Source: Octopus sinensis
Lineage: Eukaryota
Direction: 5' to 3'
DNA: 41,311 nt
NCBI RefSeq assembly: GCF_006345805.1
Contig: NW_021831984.1
Location: 1-41,311, forward strand
Part shown: in pieces, positions 22,997 to 35,839 of the stretch
Layout: each line of letters opens with the position of its first letter
Position numbering within the stretch: position 1 is the stretch's first letter
The notes under the pieces: generated by a model
Seen by the model: only the letters and a program-made list of their open reading frames with translations
The model's database searches: none
Told to the model about the DNA's origin: nothing
Program-made: the position numbers and the translations under genes

Positions 22997-23559
22997 TTGT
23001 GTGTGTGTGTTGTGTGTTTGTATGTGTGTACATATACACATACTTACTTACAATATACGTATCCATACATACAGACAAACGCACACACGCACACATTTAT
23101 ATCGTACATGTAATGTATATACATATGTATATATCGAAATACATACATATGTAACAGAATATATTTTAGTTTACATGTGTATGTACACGTCAGACGGTGG
23201 TCGTTTCAGCATGAGATAAATCATATCATTTTTGATAATTGATATTTCTATTTAGTATTTTAATTTCGATATTGCTTACCGTATGGGATCCAGTAAGCAC
23301 TGAACGCTTTTATGCTATGTTTTCACTACCTCAGCTGATAAAACATACCTGCAAAATTCTCTGATATCTGAAATCTCTGAGAGAATGTTGTTACTTGTTT
23401 TATCCCATTCTATACCATTTCATTGCACATAGTCATGAAATATAGTTGTACTTCTGTTCGCCATTTTGGTATCGACATATAATATCATTTATGCATTATC
23501 GACATATCATTTATGCTCGCATATAATATCATTTATGTGAGAGACCTACTCGCAAGCAG

Positions 23560-24420
23560 AAGTCGATGAAGTTAAATGGATTATGTCAACTAAACTACAG
23601 ATTATACACCGACTTCTTTATCTGATATTTGTTCCGTGCTAATGTCTAACAAGCTCAAGAAAGGCTATATTTCATGCTAATATGATCTCCTCAAGTTTAC
23701 GGGAAAAACCTCCATGCGTAATATTTTTGAGGTATGCGAGGATGTTTCACTTTTATGTGTTTGCTGGGGTATGCTATCCCTACACATATGGGTTCACATC
23801 GGAAGTCATCAGTGAGAGCTTTTTTTAAAAGATAAACTACCGATCCGCGAAATTTTATTCACTTCATTCATAAGGGCATGGTTACTGCATAAATTCTTTT
23901 GCTGCCGTTGTGTGGCAAATCCTAAAAGATACGATATGTCACTCAAAGGGTGTCTATACTGTTCTTCCTACCTCTTACTTCTAAGATAAATTCAGTCTGA
24001 ACCACTGCTTCTGTAGAAGTTTGAGGTTGTTGTCAGGATCTTGTATAATATATTTTCACCAATACCTGGGTATTTGTAGGAAACACTTTATGGAACAGAA
24101 GAGATTCGAAGACCGCTGATGCAAAGGTTTTGGATGTAAGGACCATTTTTCCACGCTCAATTGTTAAATTATAATCATTCGTTTTGGCCAAATTCTATCT
24201 CTGATTCAGCAGAAAAAATGTTTTGATTAAATCCGGCTGTTCCTTACTATTGGAAATATTTCGAGCATAGATCTTTAGATTGTCTTCAAAAAGATTATTG
24301 ATTATATTGTAGCTATTGAGGCATGGGTGTAAGACCTGCGGCATTCCCAGTCGGCAAGTACTGTCGTCTGCGATTTAATTAATTCATATAACAGCCATAG
24401 ATACCAAGCAATTGTAATAA
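23560..24420 (-). mobile_element. Highly decayed R4/Dong-type LINE (RT to zinc knuckle)
   Basis: Minus-strand peptides INNLFEDNLKIYARN (cf. NHLLFMDDLKLYAK), IEFGQ, LTIERGKMV, SYKYPGIGEN and SRCIICSLVDIIHLTS, with frameshifts and stops. Confidence 0.55.
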
Positions 24421-24702
24421 TACATAACAGAATATATTTACTGAACTCTTGCAAAATAGATAGAAACTAGCGCTAAATGATCGCGATAATACATACAAAC
24501 GTAAAAAAAATAAGGAAAATGAACAGAAAAGATCGTCAAAATGAACGCGAAAAGACGATTGGCGATAGCAATAAACTCTATCAGACGTACGATACTTGCC
24601 AAGAGTCTATCGAATGGCTCAATGTTAAAATGCAGAATTGTAACGCATACTTCAGCATGTCATCCTGAAAATACCTATTTCTTTGCACTTAGTTGATGCA
24701 TC

Positions 24703-25080
24703 GGAGGCGCAATGGCCCAGTAGTTAGGGCAGCGGACTCGCGGTCGTAGGATCGCGGTTTCGATTCCCAGACCGGGCGTTGTGAGTGTTTATTGAGCGAA
24801 AACACCTAAAGCTCCACGAGGCTCCGGCAGGGATGGTGTGTGATCCCTGCTGTACTCTTTCACCACAACTTTCTCTCACTCTTACTTCCTGTTTCTGTGT
24901 ACCTGTATTTCAAGGGGCCGGCCTTGTCACTCTCTGTGTCACGCTGAATATCCCCGAGAACTACGTTAAGGGTACACGTGTCTGTGGAGTGCTCAGCCAC
25001 TTACACGTTAATTTCACGAGCAGGCTGTTCCGTTGATTCGGATCAACCGGAACCCTCATCGTCGTAACCGTCGGAGTGCT
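24703..25080 (+). mobile_element. SINE family C, full length
   Basis: Near-identical to 8528-8911. Confidence 0.92.
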
Positions 25081-25487
25081 AAGAGAGTTACAAATGAAAC
25101 CAATTGAGCCGTTAGGTAAGGCGGTAGAATACCTTCACATTCTCGAGTATGGTATACTCTCCTACAACACCACAACACACTGGTGTGAATTCAAATTATC
25201 GTACTTGACATGATTCAAAAATTCGTATTCATTGGGCACTTGAAGGGCCCATTCAAACTTAAAACCCCCCAAGGACACGATTTCACAATAGTTTCTCACC
25301 AAAGACAATCTGAAAGAAATCAACAAATTATTAAAAAGAAGGTTAAGTAAACAAATTGTTTGTGCCTTAGTTGTATGCTACTTCTTGGATTTATTTTAAA
25401 TATTATTAATATCAAGGTTAAAACTACTGTGGAACTGTCATACAAATTGATTTCGGTTCTATTTTCTTCTCAAGTCATACGATCTCA

Positions 25488-25696
25488 TAAGGGCCGGTTT
25501 CACCGGTTTCCATACAGTATATCCCCCACCTGGACGGGACACCGATCCGTCTCAAGATTACTCATTTTTGCCTGTTGCGTGGACTGGAGCAACGTGAAAT
25601 GATGTATTTCATTCAAGAACACAACACGTTGCTCGGTCCGGGAATCGAAACCACAATCATACGATCATACGCTAACCACTAAGCCATGCGATTCCA
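25488..25696 (-). mobile_element. SINE family D
   Basis: Reverse-complement head GCATGGCTTAGTGGTTAGCG...GTGGTTTCGATTCCCGGACCG, core and tail GAAACCGGTGAAACCGGCCC. Confidence 0.8.
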
Positions 25697-26029
25697 TTTC
25701 GGTCTCATTGGACAGCGATAAAATTTTAATATGGCTTTCAAGTGTGAAAAAAAAGGTTTTCTACACTAGCCCTAGCACATTATCAGAGGATTTTCACAGA
25801 AAGAATTACAGCAAATTGAGAAACATGACAACCAGAAACATGCATTGACTGCCGCCTTGGAATACTCCTTTTGAATTCTTTATGACTTCGGAGATAATCA
25901 TTCTACTTGCACCGACAAGAGTGTGGAATATAGACCAGGTTTTCGTGAGACTTCCAACGTTAGTAAGGAAGGAAGATAAGAGATAGTTTTGCTAACTATT
26001 GTAGATAGATACGTACAAATACACACACC

Positions 26030-26032
26030 CAC

Positions 26033-26063
<31 letters not shown>

Positions 26064-26082
26064 CACACACCATATATAATAT

Positions 26083-26117
<35 letters not shown>

Positions 26118-26159
26118 ATAATATATATATATATATGTATGTATATATATATATGTATG

Positions 26160-26190
<31 letters not shown>

Positions 26191-26481
26191 ATATATATAT
26201 ATATATGTATGTATGATATATATATATGTATGTATATATATATATATGTATGTATGTATATATATATATATATGTATAAGTATATACATACATATGTATA
26301 TATATGTGTGTCTTTGTGTGTGTTTTGGTGTGTTAATGAACATATATCAAACACATGCATGCATGAACACACATATACTGTGTTGTATACGTATACATGT
26401 ATACATATACATATACATATACATGTGTGTGTATACATATGCATGTATTTATATTTGTGTGAATGTGTGTATATATATACA

Positions 26482-26523
<42 letters not shown>

Positions 26524-26650
26524 TATATACATACATATATCTATACCTATATATATATATACAACATATATATAATATACATAATATATATATATATATA
26601 CATTATATATATAAAGTATGTACATACATATATATATATAAAGTATGTAC
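26030..26650. repeat. (CA)n/(TA)n/(TATG)n compound microsatellite
   Basis: Direct inspection. Confidence 0.9.
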
Positions 26651-26997
26651 ATACGAAAGCTTTCCAAACGCAACAAGGAACCCAAAACATCATAAACTTG
26701 TTATAGACGCTGATGGGTTGCATAGGTAGAGGCAGTGAACCTCAGCACATTACCATCAAACTCAGTCGCAGAATGAAACTTAACCATTTCACAGCACCTG
26801 CTACGTCACAGTCAGAGAATCCTTCAGACTTAAATCGCTAACATGTGGCATACTCCACCAAAATAGAAAAAAAAAAATAATAATACATTGACAGAGATTG
26901 TAGCAATCCTATATATGTATTCTCTTGTCTTAATAACATTTCCTAACCAAAACACACACACTCTGTCTTTCCATCTCACTCTCTCTCACCCTCTCAC

Positions 26998-27003
26998 TAT
27001 CTG

Positions 27004-27089
<86 letters not shown>

Positions 27090-27090
27090 C

Positions 27091-27154
<64 letters not shown>

Positions 27155-27313
27155 ATCTATTTATCTATCTCTCTTTCCGCTTCTCTCTGTTCTATGTTAT
27201 TATGTATGTATTAAAAGTAAATTATTTTACACTATGTTACCCCGTCGTGTACTTTACATATGTGTGTGTGAATGCATATGTGTCTCAGTGCGCAAGCGAA
27301 AGTGTAGATAGAC

Positions 27314-27377
<64 letters not shown>

Positions 27378-27437
27378 GATGGATGGATGGATGGATAGAT
27401 AGATAGGAGGATGGAAAGGAAGATAGATGGATGGATG

Positions 27438-27487
<50 letters not shown>

Positions 27488-27585
27488 AGATGATATTGAT
27501 AGATGATAATAGATAGATATAGATAGATAGATAGATAGATAGATAGAAGATAGATAGATAGATGATAGATATATAGATAGATAGA
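26998..27585. repeat. Oppositely oriented (CTAT)n (26998-27170) and (TAGA)n (27305-27585) tracts
   Basis: Direct inspection. Confidence 0.92.
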
Positions 27586-27789
27586 TTGGCAGACTCATAC
27601 ATGTATAGATATGCACGCAGACGTTTTTAGATATATACTTTGATACTTTGATACTTTGATAGGTTTCGGCCATTATTGGCCCAGGCCATGTCTAACTTAA
27701 TAGCACCATCTGGTGGTGTATTTCTGTGTGTGCATGTGTAAATACGCATATAACAATATATGGTGTGTGCGCTTGCTTATGCACTTACG

Positions 27790-28011
27790 TGTATGTACAT
27801 ATATAATATATAATATATATATATAATTATATATAATTATATATATTATATACAATATATATATACATATATATATATAATATATATATATATAATATAT
27901 ATACATATATATATACATTATATATATACATATATACAATATATATATACACACAATATATATATATATATACACAATATAATATATACAATATATATAT
28001 ACAATATATAT

Positions 28012-28043
<32 letters not shown>

Positions 28044-28118
28044 ACAATATATATATATACAATATATTATACATATATATATACAATATATAAAACAATT
28101 ATATTATATATATATATA
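27790..28118. repeat. (TA)n-rich microsatellite
   Basis: Direct inspection. Confidence 0.92.
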
Positions 28119-28120
28119 CG

Positions 28121-28215
28121 CAAAGAATAAGTCCTGTGATCGATTTGCTCGACTAAAGGCGCTGCTCCAGCATGGCCGCAGTCAAAATGACTGAAACAAG
28201 TGAAAGAGTAAAGAG
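28121..28215 (+). mobile_element. SINE family B, 3' fragment
   Basis: CAAAGAATAAGTCC...CTCCAGCATGGCCGCAGTCAAAATGACTGAAACAAG. Confidence 0.85.
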
Positions 28216-28684
28216 TATATATATATTTGTATACATCCATTTGTTGATAAGTAGATCGATCGATTAATCAATGGACAGATAGATAGATCGATAAAGACAG
28301 GCAGATCATATATACATAAATACATGCATACATACATACATACATACATATATACATACATACATACATACATACATACAATCACCTTATATGACGACAA
28401 TAATATCAACTGATCGAAAATATTGAAAATATAGATCAATGCGAATTGGGGTGCATCTGGCCGTTAAATCGATGAGAGCCATAGCGGCTTATTAGAAGTC
28501 CTCTCAATAACATACACATGCACACAACTCTATTATAAGTACACATATATATATATGTGTGTGGTGTGTGTGTGTGTGTGTGTGTGTATGTTTAAGCATA
28601 TACATGTGTATGTATGAATCTACTCTCCCATGTATATATGCATGTGCGTATGAATATGTATGTGTATGCAACTAGGTGTTTGTC

Positions 28685-28751
<67 letters not shown>

Positions 28752-28777
28752 AAAAGGTATAGTTCTAACACACAGTG

Positions 28778-28814
<37 letters not shown>

Positions 28815-29423
28815 GAGTCTCCCACATACAGTCCCACACGCGCAAACACTTGCTTCTGCTGGTGTATGCATTATTTACATATTTATCATAGGTACGTCAC
28901 TGTATCCATGTAACGGTCCTGTAAACATGACAAGTTATTAAAATTCCTTTCATATCAGCTTCGTTCTAACACGATCTCTGACAGAGATCTAAGAGATATT
29001 GTATGTCTTTTTAGCTTTACACATGCTCCCTATCGGTGGTGGTAGCCACCTTTAATGTCTCAATAACGCTCCTCCTCCCTTTTCTTAATCGTTGACTTCG
29101 TGGTGATAGGGGCGGGTTAATAGGAATAGATTATTTTTGTGGGTGATTAGGGTGGTGGTCAGAGATGATGTCTTTAGTGACATGACAACAAATTCGTCTT
29201 CGCCAAAGTTTTGACGGCTCCAAGTGTAAATTTCTAATTTCGCATACAGTTGCTTTTGTTTTTGTTGTGGTTGCTGTGGTTGTTGTTTTGGTGGCTGTTA
29301 TTAAGCTCCAAATTAGCCTTGACGGAAACAAATTCATGATCAAAGCGTTCCTTCCATGACCATCTCATCCTTATCAAAGGCATTGTGTTTGTAGGTCTAC
29401 GCTGTCGTTATTTGTTGTGCCTA

Positions 29424-29636
29424 AGGCAGCGAGTTGGTAGAATCGTTAGCACGCCGGGCGAAATGTTTAGTGATATTTCGTCTGCAGTTATGTTCTGAGT
29501 TCAAATTCCGCCAAGGTCAACTTTGCCTTTCATCCTTTCGAGATCGATTAAATAAGTACCAGTTACGCACTGGGTTCGATATAACCGGCTTACCCCTCCC
29601 TGCAAATTTCAGGTTTTGTGCCTATAATAGAAAGGA
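29424..29636 (+). mobile_element. SINE family A, variant tail
   Basis: A head and core, tail TTGTGCCTATAATAGAAAGGA; 16-bp TSD TTATTTGTTGTGCCTA at 29408-29423 and 29637-29652. Confidence 0.9.
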
Positions 29637-30393
29637 TTATTTGTTGTGCCTATATTTTCAACCAAGCTAGATGTCCTTAATTTGAGAGGGATTTGACTGC
29701 TATTTCTAGCAGGTTAAATAGTCACGCAAGAGACCGGTGCTCTTCGGTGACTATTGTATACATGCTGTTTCGGTTGATCGGTATTTTGTCATGTCCCCAT
29801 CATGTTATGAAATCATATGCTGCCATGGTCGACTGTACAAATACCAGCCGCATAATCATATTTGATCAATAATAATAGTCCTTTCTACTATAGGCACAAG
29901 GCTGAATTTCGGGGAGGAACCTCAGAACAGAAGGCATATATGGTTGCCAAGTAGAGAAATGATGAAGGCAATTCAACCTCAATCCATCTATAAATACCTT
30001 GGAATACTTGAAGCAGATGGAATCAAACACAATGACATGAAAGAAAAGACAAAAAGAGAGTACCTGCGGAGAGTGAGAAATATATTGGCTTCAAAGCTAA
30101 ATGCCCGAGGCATGATTTCGGCTTTAAACTTACGCGCAGGTGCAGTAGTTCGGTATGGCACAGGGACCCTGAATGGGAATAGAAGAGGAACTAAAGCAGA
30201 CGGACAGGAAGTCAAGAAAGTTTCTAACCATGCATGGAGCCCATCATCTACGTGCAGACACTGATCGCCTATACATGAAGAGAGCAAATGGAAGAAAAGG
30301 ATTGATAAGTGTAGGAGACTGTTTGCATATCGAACTGGAGAGCTTAATGAGATACCTAGCCCAAAGTAAGGAAACCTTGCTTGTAACAGTTAA

Positions 30394-30785
30394 GTTAATT
30401 TTTTTGGCTCAAAAAGCAAAAAGCAAGGCCATGTAGGGGGACATGGAGTTATGTACAGGGAGGGTGTTCATGCAAAGAGTTCAGGCTATTTCTGGTCAAG
30501 AGAGACTTTGAACCGAGCGGTCGTCGGCATCTTCACTATCTCGTCCGGCAGCTTATTCCACGGATCCGCAACCCGGACGGAGAAAGCTCTTCTCCTTCGA
30601 TTGAGATGAAATCGTCGCAGATAGAGTTTTTCGGAGTGACCCCGCAGCCAAAGCTCTGGAGCAGGAGTGAAGAACAGCTCTTTCGAGAGGTTACACTTTC
30701 CGCTTATGATGTTGTGAGCAAGAATGAGATCGCCACGGCGTCGTCGTTTTTCTAGAGAATAAAGGTCGAGCGTCTTCAGCCTTTC
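30394..30785 (-). mobile_element. CR1-clade LINE 3' fragment inserted in the R4-like LINE
   Basis: ERLKTLDLYSLEKRRRRGDLILAHNII...RGHSEKL...FSVRVADPWNKLP is the typical CR1/L2 ORF2 C-terminus, followed by a short 3' UTR. Confidence 0.85.
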
Positions 30786-31311
30786 TGGAATAATGAAAGC
30801 AAAGAATAAAAAGGTATAATAAAGGAAGAAGTGCAAAAAGGACATGATGAAGACGTATACAGCCACACGAGAACTTGCGAGGTAGGATTGGCTGATGTAA
30901 GGAACACTAAAAACAGAGACCGAGAGTACTAAACTGGCAGCGCAAGACCAAACTTTGGGCATGAACTGGCGGGTCAATCTTAGGAATGAGCAAGTGTCTC
31001 CGTTGTGCCGCATCTGCAACAGAGTGGATGAAACCATTGCTCATATCACGAACGAATGCCCTAGACTTGTCCAAAACCACAACTTGTGGTGATACGATCA
31101 GGTAGCGGAAGTGCTACAATAGATACTGTGTGAAAAGTGGGGGCTGGAGAGAGGCAAGACGTGGTATGAGCAGATACTGCAGAGAGTGGGGGAGTTGGAG
31201 GCTAGCAAAATCCTCTAGAATTTCCCAATCCAAACAGATCAGGCACTAGAGCATAACAAACCGGACCTAATAGTGTTGGAGAAGGTGCACCACATATGCT
31301 ATATAGTTGAT

Positions 31312-31531
31312 AGCGGCGAGCTGGTAGAAACGTTAGCACGCCGGGCGAAATTCGTAGCCGTATTTCGTCTGTCGTTGCGTTCCGTGTTCAAATTCCGCCG
31401 AGGTCGACTTCGCCTTTCATCTTTTCGGGGTCGATAAATTAAGTACCAGTTACGCACTGGGGTCGATGTAATCGACTTAATCCCTTTGTATTCCCCTCTG
31501 TGTTTAGCCCCTTGTGGGTAGTAAAGAAATA
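31312..31531 (+). mobile_element. SINE family A inserted in the RLE domain
   Basis: 12-bp TSD TATATAGTTGAT at 31300-31311 and 31532-31543. Confidence 0.92.
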
Positions 31532-31950
31532 TATATAGTTGATGATGCATTCCCCTTTAATCCATGAATAGTCGAGAAAGAAGGCGAAGAAGAAGTACGT
31601 GGAACAAATAGGGGCTACAATAAAGGTGGAGCACTTGCAGAAAACAGCACCGCTTGGAACCTTAACTATGAAATAATCCGGCTATGGATTATTTCCATTT
31701 ATGCCATTTATTGTTGGGTTCTTGAGAACAGTATCAGAAGTATCAAGGAGAATATGAAGGAAATTGGAATAGAGTGTCCAGTAGAACTGTTACAAAACGT
31801 TTGTCTCTATGGCACGGCCAGAATAATCAGGTAAATATTAGAAAGCTGAAAAGAATGGATAACATTTTACCATAGGCTGAGGGTAGCAAGCCCGTTACGC
31901 ATGTAAGACTACAGGAGCACAAACAAATGAGAAATAATAATAACAAACAT

Positions 31951-32112
31951 TTCAACTATAGTTACAAGGGCTGAAAACTTGGGGGAGGAGGATGGTCGTT
32001 TACATCGACTCCAGTGTTTCACTGGTATTTAATTTATCGACCCCGAAAGGATGAAGGGCAAAGTCGACCTCGGTGGAATTTGAACTCACTACGTAGCGGT
32101 GGAAGAAATACC
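31951..32112 (-). mobile_element. SINE family A, 5'-truncated
   Basis: Reverse complement of GGTATTTC...GAGTTCAAATTCCACCGAGGTCGAC...TCATCCTTTCGGGGTCGATAAATTAAATACCAG. Confidence 0.85.
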
Positions 32113-32120
32113 TGTTCCAT

Positions 32121-32314
32121 GGAACAGGTACTTAAAAATATGCATGTCTTTTATTCTTCGAGTTTAAAATGAGACATTGCAGGCATAATTTCGTAATATC
32201 TATACTCCAGAATCCAAGGAAATAGCCGAAGTGAAATGTCTCGACATTGGCGAGTTATAATGAAAGATTGGCCTGAGACATATTTCGGTATAACTCGACA
32301 AAATCAAGACACTT
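32121..32314 (-). repeat. Inverted partial copy of the 277-bp repeat at 36622-37105
   Basis: Reverse complement of ~36781-36970 (e.g. TTATTCTTCGAGTTTAAAATGAGACATTGC vs GCAATGTCTCATTTTAAACTTGAAGAATAA). Confidence 0.9.
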
Positions 32315-35171
32315 ATATCCGCCAATCTCCGGCTATCCCCGCCAATTACCGCCCATCTCCGCCAATTTCCTCAAATTTCCGTAAATCTCCGCCAATCTCC
32401 GCCCATATACGCCATCTTCGCCAATCTCATTCTCTCCCACTCTCCCATGTGTTTTAACACCCAGCAGTATTGGGAAATCTCACAAAATGCTATTCAACAT
32501 ATCTCCGGCAATCTCTGGTAATCTCCGCCAACCTCAACCTATCTCCGCATATCTCCGTCAATCTCTGCCAATCTCCGCCTATCTCAGCCTATCTCACTCT
32601 GCCTCAGCCTATCCCACTCAGCCTCCGCTTATCACTCTCTATCTCCGCCTATCTCACTCTATCTCCGCCTATCTCACTCTATCTCACTCTACCTTACTCT
32701 CACCCAGGTGTTTTACCACACAGCATAATTGGTAAATCTCACAAAATGCTATTCCGCCAACCTACGAATATCTCCGGCTATCTCCGGCAATCTACGGAAA
32801 TCTCCGGCAATGTCCGGCTATAGTCGGCTATCTCCGGAAAACTCCGGGAAACTCCGGCAATCTCCGTTAAACTCCGGCAATCTCCGGTAATCTCCGGCAA
32901 ACTCCGGCAATCTCTGGAAAACTCCACCGCTCTCCGGCAAACTCTGTCAAACTCCGGCAAACTCCGCCATTCTCATTCTATCTCCGCCTTTCGCCGCCAA
33001 TGTCACTCTATCTCCGCCTATTTCATTCTATCTACGCCTATCTCACTCTATCCCCGCCTATCTCACTCTAACACCGCCTATCTTCCTCACTCTCTCCCAA
33101 GTGTTTTAACCCCGACATTATTGGGAAATTTCCCAAAATGCTATTCCGTCTATCTCCGGCAATCTCCGGATATCTCCGCCAATCTCCGCCTATCTCCACC
33201 TATCTCACTCTATCTCCGCCTATCTCACTGTATCTCTGCCTATCTCACTCTGTCGCCGTCTATCTCAACAATCTATCTCCGCCTATCTCACTCTATCTCC
33301 GCTTATCTCACTCTATCTCACCCACTCCCAGGTGTTTTAACACCCAGCATTATTGGGAAATCTCCCAAAATGCTATTCCGCCAATCTCCGAATGTCTCCG
33401 GCTATCTCCAGTAATCTCCGGTTATCTCCGAGCTATTTCCGGCAATCTCCAGCAATCTCCGGCAAACTTCGGCAATCTCCGGTACTTTCCGGTAATCTCC
33501 GGCAATTTCGGGAGATAGCCGGAGATTACCGTAGATTGCCGGAGATTGTCGGAGATTGCCGGAGATAGCGGAGATTGGCGGAATCGCATTTTGGGAGATT
33601 TCCCAATAATGCTGGGTGTTAAAACACCTGGGAGAGAGTGAGATAGAGAGAGATAGACGGAGATAGAGTGAGATAGGCGGAGATAGGCGGATATAGGTGG
33701 AGATAGAGATAGGCGGAGATTGGCGAAGATTGGTGGAGATTCCCAGAGATTGACGGAGTTTGCCGGAGATTTCCGGAGTTTGCTGGAGATTGCCGGAGAT
33801 TGCCGAAGATTTCCGGAGATTACCGGAGATTGCCGGAGATTACCGGGGATATCCGGAAATTGTCAGAGGTAGCTGGAGATTGCCGGAGATTGCCAGAGAT
33901 TGCCGAAGATTCCTGGAGATAGCCGGCGATAAACGGAGGTAGCCGGATATTAGTGGAATAGCATTTGGGGAGATTCCCCAATAATGCTGGGTGTTAAAAC
34001 ACCTGGGAGATAGTGAGATAGAGTTTGATAGGCGGAGATTGAGTGGAGATTGGCGGAGATAAAAGGAAATAGAGTGAAACTGGCGGAGTTTGCCGGAGTT
34101 TGCCTGAGATTGGAGGAGTTTACCAGAAATGGGCGGAGATTGCGGGAGATTGCCGGAGTTTGTCGGAGTTTACCGGAGATTGACGAAGTTTGCCGGAGAT
34201 GGCCGGAGATGGCCGGAGATAGCGGAGTTCGGTGGAATCGCATTTTGGGAGATTTCCCTATAATGCTGGGTGTTAAAAGTCCTTGGAGAGACTGAGATAG
34301 ATTGAGATAGAGTGAGATAGACAGAGATAGAGAGAGATAGGCGGAGATAGATTGAGATAAGCGGAGGTAAGAGATAGGCTGACATAGACTGAGATGGGTG
34401 GCGATAGAGTGAGATACGCGGAGATAGAGTGAGATTGGCGGAGTTGGCCGGAGATTGCGGAGATTGCCGGAGATTGCCGGAGATCACCCAAGATGGCCGG
34501 AGATAGCCGGAGATTGCCGGAGAAATCTGTTGATAGCCGGCGATTGCCAAAGATTGCCGGAGATAGCGGAGATTGTCGGAATCGCATTTTGGGATATTTC
34601 CCAATGTTTGGTGTTAAATAGCTTGGAGAGAGGGAGATAGGCGGAGATAAACGGAGATTGTAGGAGATTGGCGGAGATAGGCGAAGATTGCCTGAGATTG
34701 GAGGACATTGCCGGAGATTGCCGTAGATATGCATAATAGTATTTTGGGAGATTTCCCAATGATGCTGGGTTTTAAAACACCTGGGAGAGAGGGACAGTGT
34801 GAGATTGGTGGAGATTGGCGTAGATGGGCGGAGAGTGGCGGAAATATGCGGAGATAGGCGGAGATAGAGTGAGATTGGTTGAGACAGAGTGTGATAGGCG
34901 GAGATAGAGTGAGATAGGCGGAGATAGAGTGAGATAGGCGAAGACATAATGAGATTGGCGGAGTAGCATTTTGGGAGATTTCCCAATAAGGCATGGTGTT
35001 AAAACACCTTGAAGAGAGTGAGATAAGTGGAGATAGACTGATATCGGTTGATATAGATTGAGATAGGCGGAGATAGAGTGATATGGGCGGAGATAGTTGG
35101 AGATAGAGTGAGATTGGCGGAGTTTGCTGGAGCTTGCCGGAAATTGGCGGAGTTTACCGGAGATATCGGGA

Positions 35172-35212
35172 GGTTAGGGTTAGGGCAATGTTATGGTTAG
35201 GGTTAATGTTAA
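35172..35212 (+). repeat. Short degenerate (TTAGGG)n tract
   Basis: GGTTAGGGTTAGGGCAATGTTATGGTTAGGGTTAATGTTAA. Confidence 0.75.
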
Positions 35213-35427
35213 TTTACGGTAATTTCCGGTAATCTCCGGTGATTTCCGGCAATTTCCGGTCATCTTCGGCAACTTCCGGCAATCTCAGGAAATTTCTGGA
35301 AATTACCGGAGATTACCGGAAATCACCGGAAATGAGCGAAATTGCTGGAAATTACCGGAAATTACCGGAAGGTACCGGAATTGCCTGAGATTACCGGAAA
35401 TTACCGGATATTTCCGGAAATTGCCGT

Positions 35428-35839
35428 AAACCCTGACCCTAACCCTAACTTTAACCATAACCCTAATCTTAATTCTAATACTAACCCTAACCGTAACCCT
35501 AACCATAACCCTAACCCTATCCCTAACCCTAATTCTAACCCTAACCCTAACCCTAACCCCAATTCTCACCCTAATCCTAAACCTAAACCTAACCCTAACC
35601 CTAACCCCAATTCTAACCCTGACCCTAACCCTAAGCCTAACCCTAATTCTAACCCTAACCCTAACACTAACCCTAACCCTAATTCTAACCCTAATCCTAA
35701 CCCTAAAACTAAACCCTATCCCTAACCCTAACCCTAACCCGACCCCTAACCCGAACCCTACCTCTAAACCTAAACCTAACCATAACCCTAACCCTAAACC
35801 TTACCCTAAACCTTACCCTAACCGCTAACCCTAACTCTA
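35428..35839 (-). repeat. Degenerate interstitial telomere-like array, ~68 hexamers of CCCTAA and variants
   Basis: CCCTAA with TTCTAA, CCATAA and CCTAAA variants; TTAGGG is the usual molluscan telomere repeat. Confidence 0.9.

Larger units (their letters stand above)
29925..31900 (+). mobile_element. Decayed R4/Dong-clade non-LTR retrotransposon (RT thumb, CCHC knuckle, RLE endonuclease), interrupted
   Basis: IYKYLGILEADGIKHNDMKEK, ADTDRLYMKRANGRKGLISV, C-x2-C-x8-H-x4-C (CRICNRVDETIAHITNEC, 31006-31059), HNKPDLIV at ~31252 and LQKT..LGT; several stops and frameshifts. Confidence 0.85.

Noticed and set aside
10022-28098. Numerous YI-, CV-, HT- and LSIY-rich ORFs
   Set aside because: Translations of microsatellites.
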